The notes beneath the pieces were generated by a model. That model worked only from the letters and a program-made list of their open reading frames with translations, was not told the origin of the DNA and did not search any database. From an uncultured Candidatus Binatia bacterium (GTDB lineage: Bacteria; Desulfobacterota; Binatia; UBA9968; JAJDTQ01), in NCBI GenBank assembly GCA_964291295.2, contig OZ219754.1, positions 1,568,001 to 1,632,000 on the forward strand: a stretch of 64,000 bases of DNA, in the 5' to 3' direction. Shown one piece after another: positions 52,128 to 61,339 of the stretch. Numbering within the stretch: position 1 is the first letter of the stretch; the number at the start of each line of letters is the position of its first letter. Made by a program: the position numbers and the translations under genes.

Positions 52128-53165
52128 ATGACGGTACGAACCATCCAGTGGCGGAACGGCGACGTGATCTTCATCGATCAGCGGCGGCTCCCGCGCAAGG
52201 AGGTGTACCGGTCCTGCCGCAACTTCCGGCAGGTCGCCCAAGCCATCCGCAGCATGACCGTGCGCGGCGCCCCCGCCATCGGCGTCGCCGCGGCCATGGG
52301 CGTCGCGCTGGGCGCGCGCCACATCCGGCATCCCGGGCGGGTCGCTACGGTGATGGAACGGGTCTTCCGCACGTTGGCCGACACCCGTCCCACCGCGATC
52401 AATCTGCATTGGGCGCTGGCGCGCATGCGGCGGATCTACGACGCCAACCGGGACGACGATCTGGAATCGCTGAAGCGGCGGCTCGAGGAAGCCGCTCTCG
52501 AGATATACGAGGAAGACATCGCCGCCAACCGCCGCCTCGGCGGCCTGGGCGCCGGATTGCTGAAGGACTGCCGGCGTATCCTGACACACTGCAACGCCGG
52601 TGCCTTGGCCACCGCGGGTTACGGGACCGCCTTGGGGGTGCTGCGGGCCATGAAGGAATCGGGCGCGGTCATCGAGGAGGTGTTCGTGGACGAGACCCGC
52701 CCGTTTCTTCAGGGCGCCCGGCTGACCGCATGGGAACTGTGCAAGGAAGAGATTCCCGTAACCCTCATCACCGACAACATGATGGGTTACGTCATGCAGA
52801 GCCGGCAAGTGGACGCGGTGGTGGTGGGGGCCGATCGCGTGGCGGCCAACGGTGACGTGGCCAACAAGATCGGCACTTATCCGTTGGCGGTGCTGGCGCA
52901 AAGGCATCGCGTCCCCTTCTACGTGGCCTGCCCCACCTCGACGGTGGACCTCGACTGTCCGTCGGGAGCCGCCATTCCCATCGAGCAGCGCGGCCAGGAT
53001 GAGGTCACCCATGTCGCTGGAAGCCGAATCGCGCCCGCCGGCGTGAACATCCTGAATCCGGCCTTCGACGTGACCGATCATACCCTGGTCTCGGCCATCA
53101 TCACGGAAAGGGCAGTGGTCAGGCCGCCCTACCGGAAGAACCTGCGCGCCGCCTGTCGCGGGTAG
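52128..53165 (+). CDS. mtnA: S-methyl-5-thioribose-1-phosphate isomerase
   Basis: MTVRGAPAIG, TRPTAINL, THCNAGALAT, ETRPFLQGARLT, NPAFDVT. Confidence 0.96.
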   Translation: MTVRTIQWRNGDVIFIDQRRLPRKEVYRSCRNFRQVAQAIRSMTVRGAPAIGVAAAMGVALGARHIRHPGRVATVMERVFRTLADTRPTAINLHWALARMRRIYDANRDDDLESLKRRLEEAALEIYEEDIAANRRLGGLGAGLLKDCRRILTHCNAGALATAGYGTALGVLRAMKESGAVIEEVFVDETRPFLQGARLTAWELCKEEIPVTLITDNMMGYVMQSRQVDAVVVGADRVAANGDVANKIGTYPLAVLAQRHRVPFYVACPTSTVDLDCPSGAAIPIEQRGQDEVTHVAGSRIAPAGVNILNPAFDVTDHTLVSAIITERAVVRPPYRKNLRAACRG

Positions 53166-53202
53166 ACCGGCCGCGGGCGTTTTTCGGCGAAAGTGTGGTG
53201 CC

Positions 53203-54546
53203 ATGGCCGTGATCGAAAGACGGGACGAGCTGGAAGCCTTCTTTCACGACGCCGGCAAGCCGCGTGCGCAGTGGCGCGTGGGCACGGAGTACGAGAAGGT
53301 GGGCATCGAGCGCGATACCGCCAGGGCGCTTTCCTATTCCGGCCCTCGGGGCGTGCGGGTCATCCTCGAAGGCCTGGTCAGCGACTACGGCTGGGCGCCG
53401 CAGGAGGAAGGCGGCTTCGTCATCGGCCTGAAGCGCGGCGACCATGCCATCACCCTGGAGCCGGGCGGTCAGATCGAGTTGAGCGGCGAGCCCTGCGACG
53501 ACATCCACTGCAGCAACGCCGAGTTCTCCCAGCATATCCGCGAGCTGATCGACGTGGCCGGGCGGTTCGACGTGGTGTTTCTTGGCCTGGGGATGCAGCC
53601 CTTCAGCCGCGTCGACGAGATCGAGTGGCTGCCCAAGCGGCGCTACCGCATCATGGGGCCGTACATGGCCCGGGTGGGAACGCTGGGCCGGCGGATGATG
53701 AAGCAGACCGCCACGGTGCAGGCCAACATCGACTACGGCGACGAGACCGACGCCATGGCCAAGCTGCGGGCGGCCATGGGCTTGGCGCCCGTCATCGGCG
53801 CGGCGTTCGCCAACTCGCCCGTGTCCGACGGCGAACCCAACGGCTTCAAGAGCTATCGCGGCCACATCTGGACCCGGACCGACCCGGACCGCTGCGGGCT
53901 GCTGGAGTTCTGTTTCGCTCCCGACGCCGCCTTCCACCACTACGTTGAGTACGCCCTCGACGTGCCGATGTACCTCATCGCCCGGGACGGCAACTACCTG
54001 GACATGACCGGGATCCCGTTCCGTCACTTCCTGGAGCACGGCCATCAGGGCCACCACGCCACCATGGCGGACTGGCAGCTTCACCTGACCACGCTGTTCC
54101 CCGAGGTGCGGCTCAAGCACTATATGGAGTTCCGCTCCGCCGACAGCCAGGCGCCGGAGTTGATGCCGGCCCTGCCCGCGCTCATCAAGGGCATCTTCTA
54201 CGACGCCGACTGCCTGCAGGCCGGATGGGATCTGGTCAAGGGGTGGACTTTCGACGAGCGCATGACCGCCTATCACGACTCGCACCGGTACGGCCTGGCG
54301 GCGCGCTTCCGGCGCTACACCCTTGGCGACCTGGCGAGGGAGATGGTGGACATTGCCTGGGAAGGGCTGGCGCGCCAACGGGGACTGAACCGGCGTGGCG
54401 AGGATGAGACCATTCATCTGGCGCCGCTGCGGGAACTGGTCGCGCAAGGGCAGTGTCCCGCGGACGTGATCCTCTCCAAGTGGCGGGGCGAGTTTCGCCA
54501 GGATCTCCGAAGGCTCATCGAGGACACTTCCTACAAGCTGCCGTGA
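53203..54546 (+). CDS. gshA: Glutamate--cysteine ligase (GCS2, plant/alphaproteobacterial type)
   Basis: VGTEYEK, ITLEPGGQIELSG, PKRRYRIM, FANSP, YALDVPMY, HLTTLFPEVRLK. Confidence 0.9.
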   Translation: MAVIERRDELEAFFHDAGKPRAQWRVGTEYEKVGIERDTARALSYSGPRGVRVILEGLVSDYGWAPQEEGGFVIGLKRGDHAITLEPGGQIELSGEPCDDIHCSNAEFSQHIRELIDVAGRFDVVFLGLGMQPFSRVDEIEWLPKRRYRIMGPYMARVGTLGRRMMKQTATVQANIDYGDETDAMAKLRAAMGLAPVIGAAFANSPVSDGEPNGFKSYRGHIWTRTDPDRCGLLEFCFAPDAAFHHYVEYALDVPMYLIARDGNYLDMTGIPFRHFLEHGHQGHHATMADWQLHLTTLFPEVRLKHYMEFRSADSQAPELMPALPALIKGIFYDADCLQAGWDLVKGWTFDERMTAYHDSHRYGLAARFRRYTLGDLAREMVDIAWEGLARQRGLNRRGEDETIHLAPLRELVAQGQCPADVILSKWRGEFRQDLRRLIEDTSYKLP

Positions 54547-54619
54547 ACGCCGCGCCCGTTGGCGGAAGCGCGGAAACCGCACTGGACTTTCCACGCGCCT
54601 CGCGCTAGTATCGCCTCAT

Positions 54620-54796
54620 CTTTCCGGAATGTTCCGGAGCGGCCAGGTTGAGCCGGCCGACTCCACGCCAGGAGCACCGGGAGGACGGGAACCGCCGCTT
54701 GGATCCGGGAGAGCCGGACCGGGACGGACATTCCGGCATCTATCGTCGGCAACGGTAGCGGGATGGCCTTCCGGATCGGTCCGGAAGGCTTTTTTT
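54620..54796 (+). promoter_or_regulatory. Structured panB leader RNA ending in an intrinsic terminator (pan-motif-like candidate)
   Basis: Outer stem CCGGAATGTTCC with GGACATTCCGG; inner bulged hairpin CTTGGATCCGG-GAGAG-CCGGACCGGG; terminator GCCTTCCGGA-TCGG-TCCGGAAGGC-T7 at 54766-54796. Confidence 0.6.
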
Positions 54797-54825
54797 GTGG
54801 ACGTTCAGTCGAGGAGGTTCACGGA

Positions 54826-55626
54826 ATGGGACGCATGACGGTGCCGAGAATCCGGAGCATGAAGGAACGGGGCGAGAAGATCGTCTGCCTCACGGCCTAT
54901 GACTACTGCTTTGCCCGCATCCTGGATGAATCCGGCATGGATCTCCTTCTGGTCGGCGACTCGCTGGGCTCCGTGGTCCAGGGGCACGACACCACGCTGC
55001 CGGTGACGGTGGACGACATCATCTATCACACGCGGGCGGTGATTCGCGGGCGCAAACGCGCGCTGGTGGTGTCGGACATGCCCTTCATGACGTTTCAGTT
55101 GGGCGTGGACGAGGCCAGGCGCAGTGCCGGCAGACTCATCCAGGAGGGAGGCGCCGAGTCGGTCAAGCTGGAAGGGGGCGTCACCCAGGCCGCCACCATC
55201 GAGGCGCTGGTGAAGATGGGCGTGCCGGTCATGGGCCACGTGGGTCTCACGCCCCAGTCGGTGCATCAGTTTGGCGGCTACCGGATCCAGGGCCGCGGCG
55301 AGGCCGACGCCCGGGCCATTCTCGACGATGCCCTGGCGGTGGAGCAGGGGGGCGCCTTCGCGGTGGTGCTGGAGGGCATTCCGGTGCCCCTCGCCCGGGA
55401 GATCACCCGGCGGGTGTCCATCCCCACCATCGGCATCGGTGCCGGCATGCACTGCGACGGGCAGATCCTGGTGGTCCACGACATGCTGGGCCTGTTCGAC
55501 GACTTCACGCCCCGTTTCGTCAAGCGCTACGCCGAACTCAAGGAGACCATCGGCGGGGCGGTCCGGAGCTACATGGAAGAGGTGCGGGCGGAGGCCTTTC
55601 CCGCCGAAGAGCACACCTTCCAGTGA
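54826..55626 (+). CDS. panB: 3-methyl-2-oxobutanoate hydroxymethyltransferase
   Basis: [46 protein letters not shown]; GAGGAGG RBS. Confidence 0.97.
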   Translation: MGRMTVPRIRSMKERGEKIVCLTAYDYCFARILDESGMDLLLVGDSLGSVVQGHDTTLPVTVDDIIYHTRAVIRGRKRALVVSDMPFMTFQLGVDEARRSAGRLIQEGGAESVKLEGGVTQAATIEALVKMGVPVMGHVGLTPQSVHQFGGYRIQGRGEADARAILDDALAVEQGGAFAVVLEGIPVPLAREITRRVSIPTIGIGAGMHCDGQILVVHDMLGLFDDFTPRFVKRYAELKETIGGAVRSYMEEVRAEAFPAEEHTFQ

Positions 55627-56504
55627 TGAACGGGCTGGAACCTCGCGCCATGCAAGTGCTGCCCGACATTCCGGAGATGCAGTCCTGGAGCGACCGCGCC
55701 TGGCGGCAGGGAAAGCGCATCGCCCTGGTGCCAACCATGGGTTTCCTGCACGAAGGCCATCTGAGTCTCGTGCGCCAGGGCCGGCATCGGGGCGATCTCC
55801 TGGTGGTGTCCATCTTCACCAATCCGACCCAGTTCGCTCCCTCCGAGGATTTTGACAGCTATCCGCGGAATCTGGAGCGCGACGTCCGGTTGTTGGCGGA
55901 GGAGGGCGTGGATTTCGTCTTCAACCCCACGCCGGAAGACATGTACCCCCGCGGGTATCAGACCTTCGTGGATGTGGAGCGGGTCAGCCGACCTCTGTGC
56001 GGCGCCCGCCGGCCGGGGCATTTCCGCGGCGTGGCCACGGTGGTGCTGAAGCTCTTCAATATCGTGCGCCCGCATGTGGCCCTGTTCGGCCTGAAGGACT
56101 ACCAGCAGATCCAGGTTGTCCGGCGCATGCTCGAGGATCTGAACCTGGCCGTGGAGATCGTCGCATGTCCCACCGTGCGGGATCCCGACGGCTTGGCCAT
56201 GAGTTCACGCAACCGGTACCTGGGGCCGGCCGAGCGGGAGGCCGCGGGGTGTCTTCCGAGGGCGCTGGCAAGGGCGGAAGCGCTGGTCCGGGGCGGCGAG
56301 ACCGCCGCCGGGAGGATCCGCGAGGCGGTGGTGGCGGAGGTCGCCCGTCAACCCGCCGCGCAGTTGGAATACGCCGAACTGTGCCACCCCGGCGAGTTGC
56401 ACCCGGTGGCGGAGGTTCGGGGGCCGACGCTGTTGGCCCTGTCCGCCCGGGTTGGCAAGGCTCGCCTGATCGACAACCGCATCCTCGGAGGGTACGAATC
56501 GTAG
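55626..56504 (+). CDS. panC: Pantoate--beta-alanine ligase
   Basis: PTMGFLHEGH, NPTQF, RPGHFRGV, DGLAMSSRN, RLIDN. ATG 55650 is an alternative start. Confidence 0.97.
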   Translation: MNGLEPRAMQVLPDIPEMQSWSDRAWRQGKRIALVPTMGFLHEGHLSLVRQGRHRGDLLVVSIFTNPTQFAPSEDFDSYPRNLERDVRLLAEEGVDFVFNPTPEDMYPRGYQTFVDVERVSRPLCGARRPGHFRGVATVVLKLFNIVRPHVALFGLKDYQQIQVVRRMLEDLNLAVEIVACPTVRDPDGLAMSSRNRYLGPAEREAAGCLPRALARAEALVRGGETAAGRIREAVVAEVARQPAAQLEYAELCHPGELHPVAEVRGPTLLALSARVGKARLIDNRILGGYES

Positions 56505-56562
56505 AGGGGTCGTGCGCTGGTGCGGGATTCATTCGTCGGCGAATCGGGAGACTGGACAAGCC

Positions 56563-57036
56563 ATGGCCACCGCCAGGGAAACCACGGAGAAGACCGTCAC
56601 CGTCAACCGGAGGGCGCGCCGCGAGTACTTCATCGACGAGTCCTTCGAGGCCGGGATGGTGCTGCTGGGCAGCGAGGTCAAGTCGTTGCGCGACGGCCGC
56701 GCCAATCTGGCCGACAGCTACGCCCGGGTCGACAAGGGCCAAGTGTACCTCGTGAATTCCCACATCAGTCCCTTTCCGGCCGCCAACAGGTTCAATCACG
56801 AGCCCACCCGGCCGCGGAAGCTGTTGTTGCACAGGCGCGAGATTGCACGGCTGACGGGAAAGGTGAAGGAGCGCGGCTTGACTCTGATCCCGCTGAAGCT
56901 ATACTTCAAGGATGGGCGCGCCAAGGTGGAGTTGGGTCTCGCCCGAGGCAAGAAGCTCTACGACAAGCGCCACAGCGTCAAGGAAAAGATGGTCCGGCGG
57001 GAGATGGAGCGCTCGATGAAGCTCCAGAGAAGTTGA
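56563..57036 (+). CDS. smpB: SsrA-binding protein
   Basis: NRRARREY, GSEVKSLR, RKLLLHRREI, GKKLYDKR. Confidence 0.98.
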   Translation: MATARETTEKTVTVNRRARREYFIDESFEAGMVLLGSEVKSLRDGRANLADSYARVDKGQVYLVNSHISPFPAANRFNHEPTRPRKLLLHRREIARLTGKVKERGLTLIPLKLYFKDGRAKVELGLARGKKLYDKRHSVKEKMVRREMERSMKLQRS

Positions 57037-57099
57037 CCGCCCGGGTCGGGTACCTTCCGTAACGGAGAACGTCGCGCAGGTCGTGACAAGGACGTCATT

Positions 57100-57449
57100 G
57101 GGGGCGATATGGGTTCGACGGGGGTGGGAAGTCAAAGTGGCATGCCGGGGTCCTGCGGCCTCGTCAAAAACGCAGGACTGCAAGTAACTGCAGACGAACC
57201 ACAGTACGCTCTGGCTGCCTAGACAGCCAGCGTCTTGCCGGCTTTCTCCCGCGGGGTCGGACAAGGCGTCATTCAGCGGGATGGACCGATTCTCCTGCCG
57301 GAGGAGATGAGGTCGAGATCCAAACCGGCTGGCCGCGCAAGATCCTGTCGCCGGGATCTCGCGCGGCAAGACTCGAACGGCGACTAAGCATGTAGTCACT
57401 TTTGGCGGAAAGCCTTCGGACGGGGGTTCGATTCCCCCCGCCTCCACCA
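57100..57449 (+). ncRNA. ssrA: tmRNA; tag reading frame 57190-57222 encodes ADEPQYALAA*
   Basis: 5' GGGGGCGA..GGTTCGAC; 3' GGTTCGATTCCCCCCGCCTCCACCA; tag ends in YALAA-stop; adjacent to smpB. Confidence 0.97.
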
Positions 57450-57501
57450 ATCCTTCCGTGCCCTGCTTCCGTGCTCCTCCTCCGCGCCCTTCCTCCGGCC
57501 G

Positions 57502-58443
57502 CTATCCCGGGGCGTGGGAGGCTTCCCCCTCCCGGGGTTTTCGGAACCCCATCCAGCTCCACTGGTCCGGATGGCGTCGCACCATCTTCTCGATTTCCCG
57601 GACGAACAGGCCGGCATTGGTGCGGAGGTCTTCCTCGTGATCACCGGTCTGGACGAACCGCACCTCGGGTTCGACGTGCAGTGTCAACCGGTCCCGCGAA
57701 TCCCGCACCATGAAGATCGGGAGCACGGAGGCGCCGGTACGCCGGGCGATGGTGACCGGCCCCTTGGGCGCGGGCACCCGTTGTCCGAGGAAGTTCACCT
57801 CGACCCCGGTGGTCTTGAATTCGTCCGGGATCATCAGGACGATTTCGTTGCGGCGCAGGGCCTTGATGATCTGCACGACGGACTGGCGTCTGGGACGGGC
57901 CGGGATGAGCCGGATGCCCGCCCGGTCGCAGTATTTCTTTTGCAGCGAGGCGAAACGCCTCTCCTGCGGCAGCTTGATCACCACGCTGAAGTCATAACCC
58001 TGTGCCACCAGGCGGGGGCCGATCATGGTGAAGTTGCCGAAGTGGGCGCTGATGGCGAGGACGCCCTTGTCCCGGGCCAGAGCCTCGCGCAGCCGCTCCC
58101 CGCCCTTGATCTCGATGCGCGCGCACAGCTCTTCTTTCGTCATGAACAGGGTGGCGGCCGTCTCGACGAACGCCTGGGTGAAATTTCGCCACGCGGCCCG
58201 CACCACCGCACGGCGCTCGTCATGGGTGGGCAACTCCTGGCCCATGGTGCGCTGGAGCGCGTCGTGCATGCGCTCCCGAAACGGCCGCAGCAGCAGGTAG
58301 CTCACGCGGTCGGTGAACCAGGCAATACCGGGTTGCGCGCACGCCGGCAGCCAACCGACGTTCGCGACCAGCGCTCGCATCAGATATTCGCCGGCCCGGT
58401 AGCGAAGGCGGTAGAGGAGCCGACTGCGTCTGTCGGATCTCAT
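57502..58443 (-). CDS. Lipid A biosynthesis / lysophospholipid acyltransferase family
   Basis: ISAHFGNF, FLG..V, IEKMVRRHPDQWSW. ATG 58443 directly follows the nifS stop. Confidence 0.88.
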   Translation of the reverse strand: MRSDRRSRLLYRLRYRAGEYLMRALVANVGWLPACAQPGIAWFTDRVSYLLLRPFRERMHDALQRTMGQELPTHDERRAVVRAAWRNFTQAFVETAATLFMTKEELCARIEIKGGERLREALARDKGVLAISAHFGNFTMIGPRLVAQGYDFSVVIKLPQERRFASLQKKYCDRAGIRLIPARPRRQSVVQIIKALRRNEIVLMIPDEFKTTGVEVNFLGQRVPAPKGPVTIARRTGASVLPIFMVRDSRDRLTLHVEPEVRFVQTGDHEEDLRTNAGLFVREIEKMVRRHPDQWSWMGFRKPREGEASHAPG

Positions 58444-58444
58444 G

Positions 58445-59641
58445 TCACGTGGCCTGCCCCGGCCGACCTTCCCTTGTCCCCGCCCGGCCCAGGGCGGAAA
58501 GCCCCCGGAGGCGCCGGATGATGCCGGGGATCTTCTCCGCCGCGAAATCGACTTCCGCGCCGGTATTGTAGCGGCCGAGACTGAAACGGACCGCACCCTG
58601 CAGCCATCGGGACGGCACTTTCATGGCCCGCAACACGTGGGACGGTTCCACCGAGCCCGAGGTGCAGGCCGAACCGGTTGAGGCGCAGATGCCGAACTCG
58701 TCCAGCAGCACCAGGATCGATTCGCCCTCCAGATATTCAAAGGAGGCGTTGAGGGTGTTCGGCAACCGGTCCGATCCGCCGCCGTTGACCCGCAGGCCCG
58801 GGCAGGTGGATACGAGCGCGCTTTCCAGTCGGTCGCGCATGCCGGTCAACCGCGCGCATTCGGCGGCGATGTCCTGGCCGGTGAGCGCGGCGGCTTCGCC
58901 CATGCCGACGATGCCGGCGACGTTCTCGGTGCCGCCGCGGCGGTTGCGCTCCTGGTGGCCGCCGACGATGAAGGGGCGGAGGGTGATCCCGCGCCGGACA
59001 TACAGCGCCCCCACGCCCTTGGGGCCGTGAAACTTGTGGGCCGAGATGGTCAGCAGGTCGATGGGGCTGTTCTTCACGTCGAGTTCGATCTTGCCCGGCA
59101 CCTGCACCGCGTCCACGTGCAGGGGAATGCCTCTGGCCTTGACGATTTCGCCGGCTTCGCGCACCGGGAAGATGACGCCGGTCTCGTTGTTGGCGTACAT
59201 GATCGAGACCAGGGCGGTGTCGTCCGACAGGGAATCCCGGAGTTCGTCCAGGTCCAGCATGCCGTTCTCGTCCACTCCCAGCCAGGTGACCCGGTAGCCC
59301 TTCCTCTCCAGGTGTTGCGCCAGGCCCAGCACCGCGGGATGCTCCACCGCCGTGGTGATGAAGTGGCGCTTGTTCGGGGCGCCTTCGAGGATTCCGCGAA
59401 TGGCGGTGTTGTCACCCTCGGAGCCGCAACTGGTGAACAGCACCTCCACCTCGTCTCCCGCTCCCAGAAGCTCCGCGACCTGGCGGCGCGCGCGGTCAAG
59501 GGCGCGTCCGGCGCCGCTTCCGAATCGGTGAATGCTCGAGGGGTTCCCGTAGAGTTCGGTGAGATAGGGCGCCATGGCCTCGAAGACCTGCGGCGCGACG
59601 CGCGTGGTTGCGTTGTTGTCGAAATAGACGACGTCGGACAT
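58445..59641 (-). CDS. nifS: Cysteine desulfurase, NifS-type
   Basis: YFDNNATT, SAHKFHGPKG, RRGGTEN, STGSACTSGS..PSHVL. Confidence 0.9.
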   Translation of the reverse strand: MSDVVYFDNNATTRVAPQVFEAMAPYLTELYGNPSSIHRFGSGAGRALDRARRQVAELLGAGDEVEVLFTSCGSEGDNTAIRGILEGAPNKRHFITTAVEHPAVLGLAQHLERKGYRVTWLGVDENGMLDLDELRDSLSDDTALVSIMYANNETGVIFPVREAGEIVKARGIPLHVDAVQVPGKIELDVKNSPIDLLTISAHKFHGPKGVGALYVRRGITLRPFIVGGHQERNRRGGTENVAGIVGMGEAAALTGQDIAAECARLTGMRDRLESALVSTCPGLRVNGGGSDRLPNTLNASFEYLEGESILVLLDEFGICASTGSACTSGSVEPSHVLRAMKVPSRWLQGAVRFSLGRYNTGAEVDFAAEKIPGIIRRLRGLSALGRAGTREGRPGQAT

Positions 59642-59708
59642 GGCGTGTCCCGCGAGCGAACGCTGCGACGGGCGGAATCGGCCCCGGCCGCCGTTCCGGG
59701 CGGCGCCC

Positions 59709-60038
59709 TCAGGCCACGAACGAGGCGCCGCAGCCGCAACTGCGTTTCACATTGGGATTCTGGAACACGAAGGCCGCCTCCATGAGGGTTTCCCTGTAGT
59801 CGAGTTCGGTGCCGCCCAGGTACAGCAGGCTCTTCAGGTCCACGATGACCTTGGCCCCGGCCTCCTCGAATACGCGGTCGGCGGGCCGCGGGTCGTCGAG
59901 TTCCATCTTGTACTGCAACCCGGAGCAGCCGCCGCCCACGACCTTGAGGCGCAGACCGGTCAGATCGCGTTGGTCCTGGCCGAGCAGTTCCTTGATCCTG
60001 TCGGCCGCCGATTCCGTTATCCGGACCCCAGTCGCCAT
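59709..60038 (-). CDS. iscA: A-type Fe-S cluster carrier (IscA/ErpA/HesB family)
   Basis: GGGCSGLQY...NPNVKRSCGCGASF. Confidence 0.92.
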   Translation of the reverse strand: MATGVRITESAADRIKELLGQDQRDLTGLRLKVVGGGCSGLQYKMELDDPRPADRVFEEAGAKVIVDLKSLLYLGGTELDYRETLMEAAFVFQNPNVKRSCGCGASFVA

Positions 60039-60090
60039 TGTCCTTTCCCGCGTGCCGCCGGCGAGTCCGCCCCTCGCCTGACGCGGCAGG

Positions 60091-61284
60091 TCATTTGCCA
60101 GCGGCCGCCGCTGCCGACCGCCTGCCATAGTGCGGCGACAGTGCGCGCAACCTCAGGACTTCCTCCTCGACCCGATCCAGGACGTAGTCCACCTCTTCCT
60201 CGGTGTTGAAGCGCCCCAGGCCAAAGCGGATGGAGCCGTGGGCCAGGTCTTCCCGCAGGCCCATGGCCTTGAGCACATGGGACGGCTCCAGCGCCGCGGA
60301 CGTGCAGGTGGAGCCGGAGGAGACGGCGACATCGTTGAGGCCCATGATCAGCGATTCGCCTTCCACGTAGCCGAAGGAGACGTTGAGGTTGCCGCACAGA
60401 CGCTCCGTGGGATGTCCATTCAGGTGGAGTTCATCAAGGCGCGAGAAGAGTCCGGTTTCGAGCCGGTCCCGCAATCCGGCAATGAACGGCAATTCGCTGG
60501 ACATGGCATCCCGCGCGAGTTCGCAGGCCTTGCCGAATCCGACGATGCCGGGAACGTTCAGGGTGCCCGACCGCAGGCCGCCCTCGTGGCCGCCGCCGTG
60601 AATGGTCGGGTTCAGTCGCGCCGCGGGTTTCCGGGTGCTGACGTACAGCGCCCCGACTCCCTTGGGGCCATGCAGCTTGTGGGCGGTCATGGACAGCAGG
60701 TGAACGCCGCATGCGCCCACGTCGATGGGCATCTTGCCCACCGCCTGGGTGGCGTCGGTATGGAAAAGGATTCCGCGTTCCTCGGCGATGCGGCCGATCT
60801 CCGCCAGCGGCTGGATGGTGCCCACTTCGTTGTTGGCCAGCATGATGGAGATGAGCAGCGTCTTGTCGTCGACGGCGGCGCGCAGCCTGTCCATGTCCAC
60901 CGTACCGCGGGCGTCCACGGGCAGGTAGGTGACGCGGTAGCCTTGCCGTTCCAGGAACCTGCAGCAGTCCAGAACCGCCTTGTGCTCGGCCGCGCAGGTG
61001 ATGATGTGGTCTCCCCGGTCGCGGTGGAGCTCGGCGACGCCCTTGATGGCGAGGTTGTCCGACTCCGTCGCACCGCTGGTGAAGACGATCTCCCGGGGCG
61101 CCGCGCCGATCAGGCGGCCGACGTTCTTGCGCGCCTGATGCACTGCCGCCTCCGCTTCCCATCCGAAGGCGTGCTTGCTGGCGGAGTTGCCGAACTGCTC
61201 GGTAAAGAAAGGCAGCATGGCATCCACCACCCGGGGATCCACGGGTGTGGTGGCATGATTGTCGAAATAGATGGGCAGCTTCAC
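60091..61284 (-). CDS. iscS: Cysteine desulfurase IscS
   Basis: [58 protein letters not shown]. Confidence 0.93.
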   Translation of the reverse strand: MKLPIYFDNHATTPVDPRVVDAMLPFFTEQFGNSASKHAFGWEAEAAVHQARKNVGRLIGAAPREIVFTSGATESDNLAIKGVAELHRDRGDHIITCAAEHKAVLDCCRFLERQGYRVTYLPVDARGTVDMDRLRAAVDDKTLLISIMLANNEVGTIQPLAEIGRIAEERGILFHTDATQAVGKMPIDVGACGVHLLSMTAHKLHGPKGVGALYVSTRKPAARLNPTIHGGGHEGGLRSGTLNVPGIVGFGKACELARDAMSSELPFIAGLRDRLETGLFSRLDELHLNGHPTERLCGNLNVSFGYVEGESLIMGLNDVAVSSGSTCTSAALEPSHVLKAMGLREDLAHGSIRFGLGRFNTEEEVDYVLDRVEEEVLRLRALSPHYGRRSAAAAAGK

Positions 61285-61311
61285 GATAACAGTCCTGATC
61301 CTTCTGAAGGT

Positions 61312-61339
61312 TTCATCTTCAAAACTTCACCTTCAAAAC
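61312..61339. repeat. 14-bp tandem duplication in the iscS leader
   Basis: TTCATCTTCAAAAC / TTCACCTTCAAAAC, overlapping the uvrA stop. Confidence 0.7.

Noticed and set aside
54547-54800. 6S or SRP RNA in the gshA-panB gap
   Set aside because: No SRP domain IV motif and no convincing 6S central bubble; a cis leader fits the position better.
57420-57510. Genomic island integrated at the tmRNA 3' end
   Set aside because: No integrase follows, no duplicated ssrA 3' end was seen in the window, and the next gene is a housekeeping-type acyltransferase.
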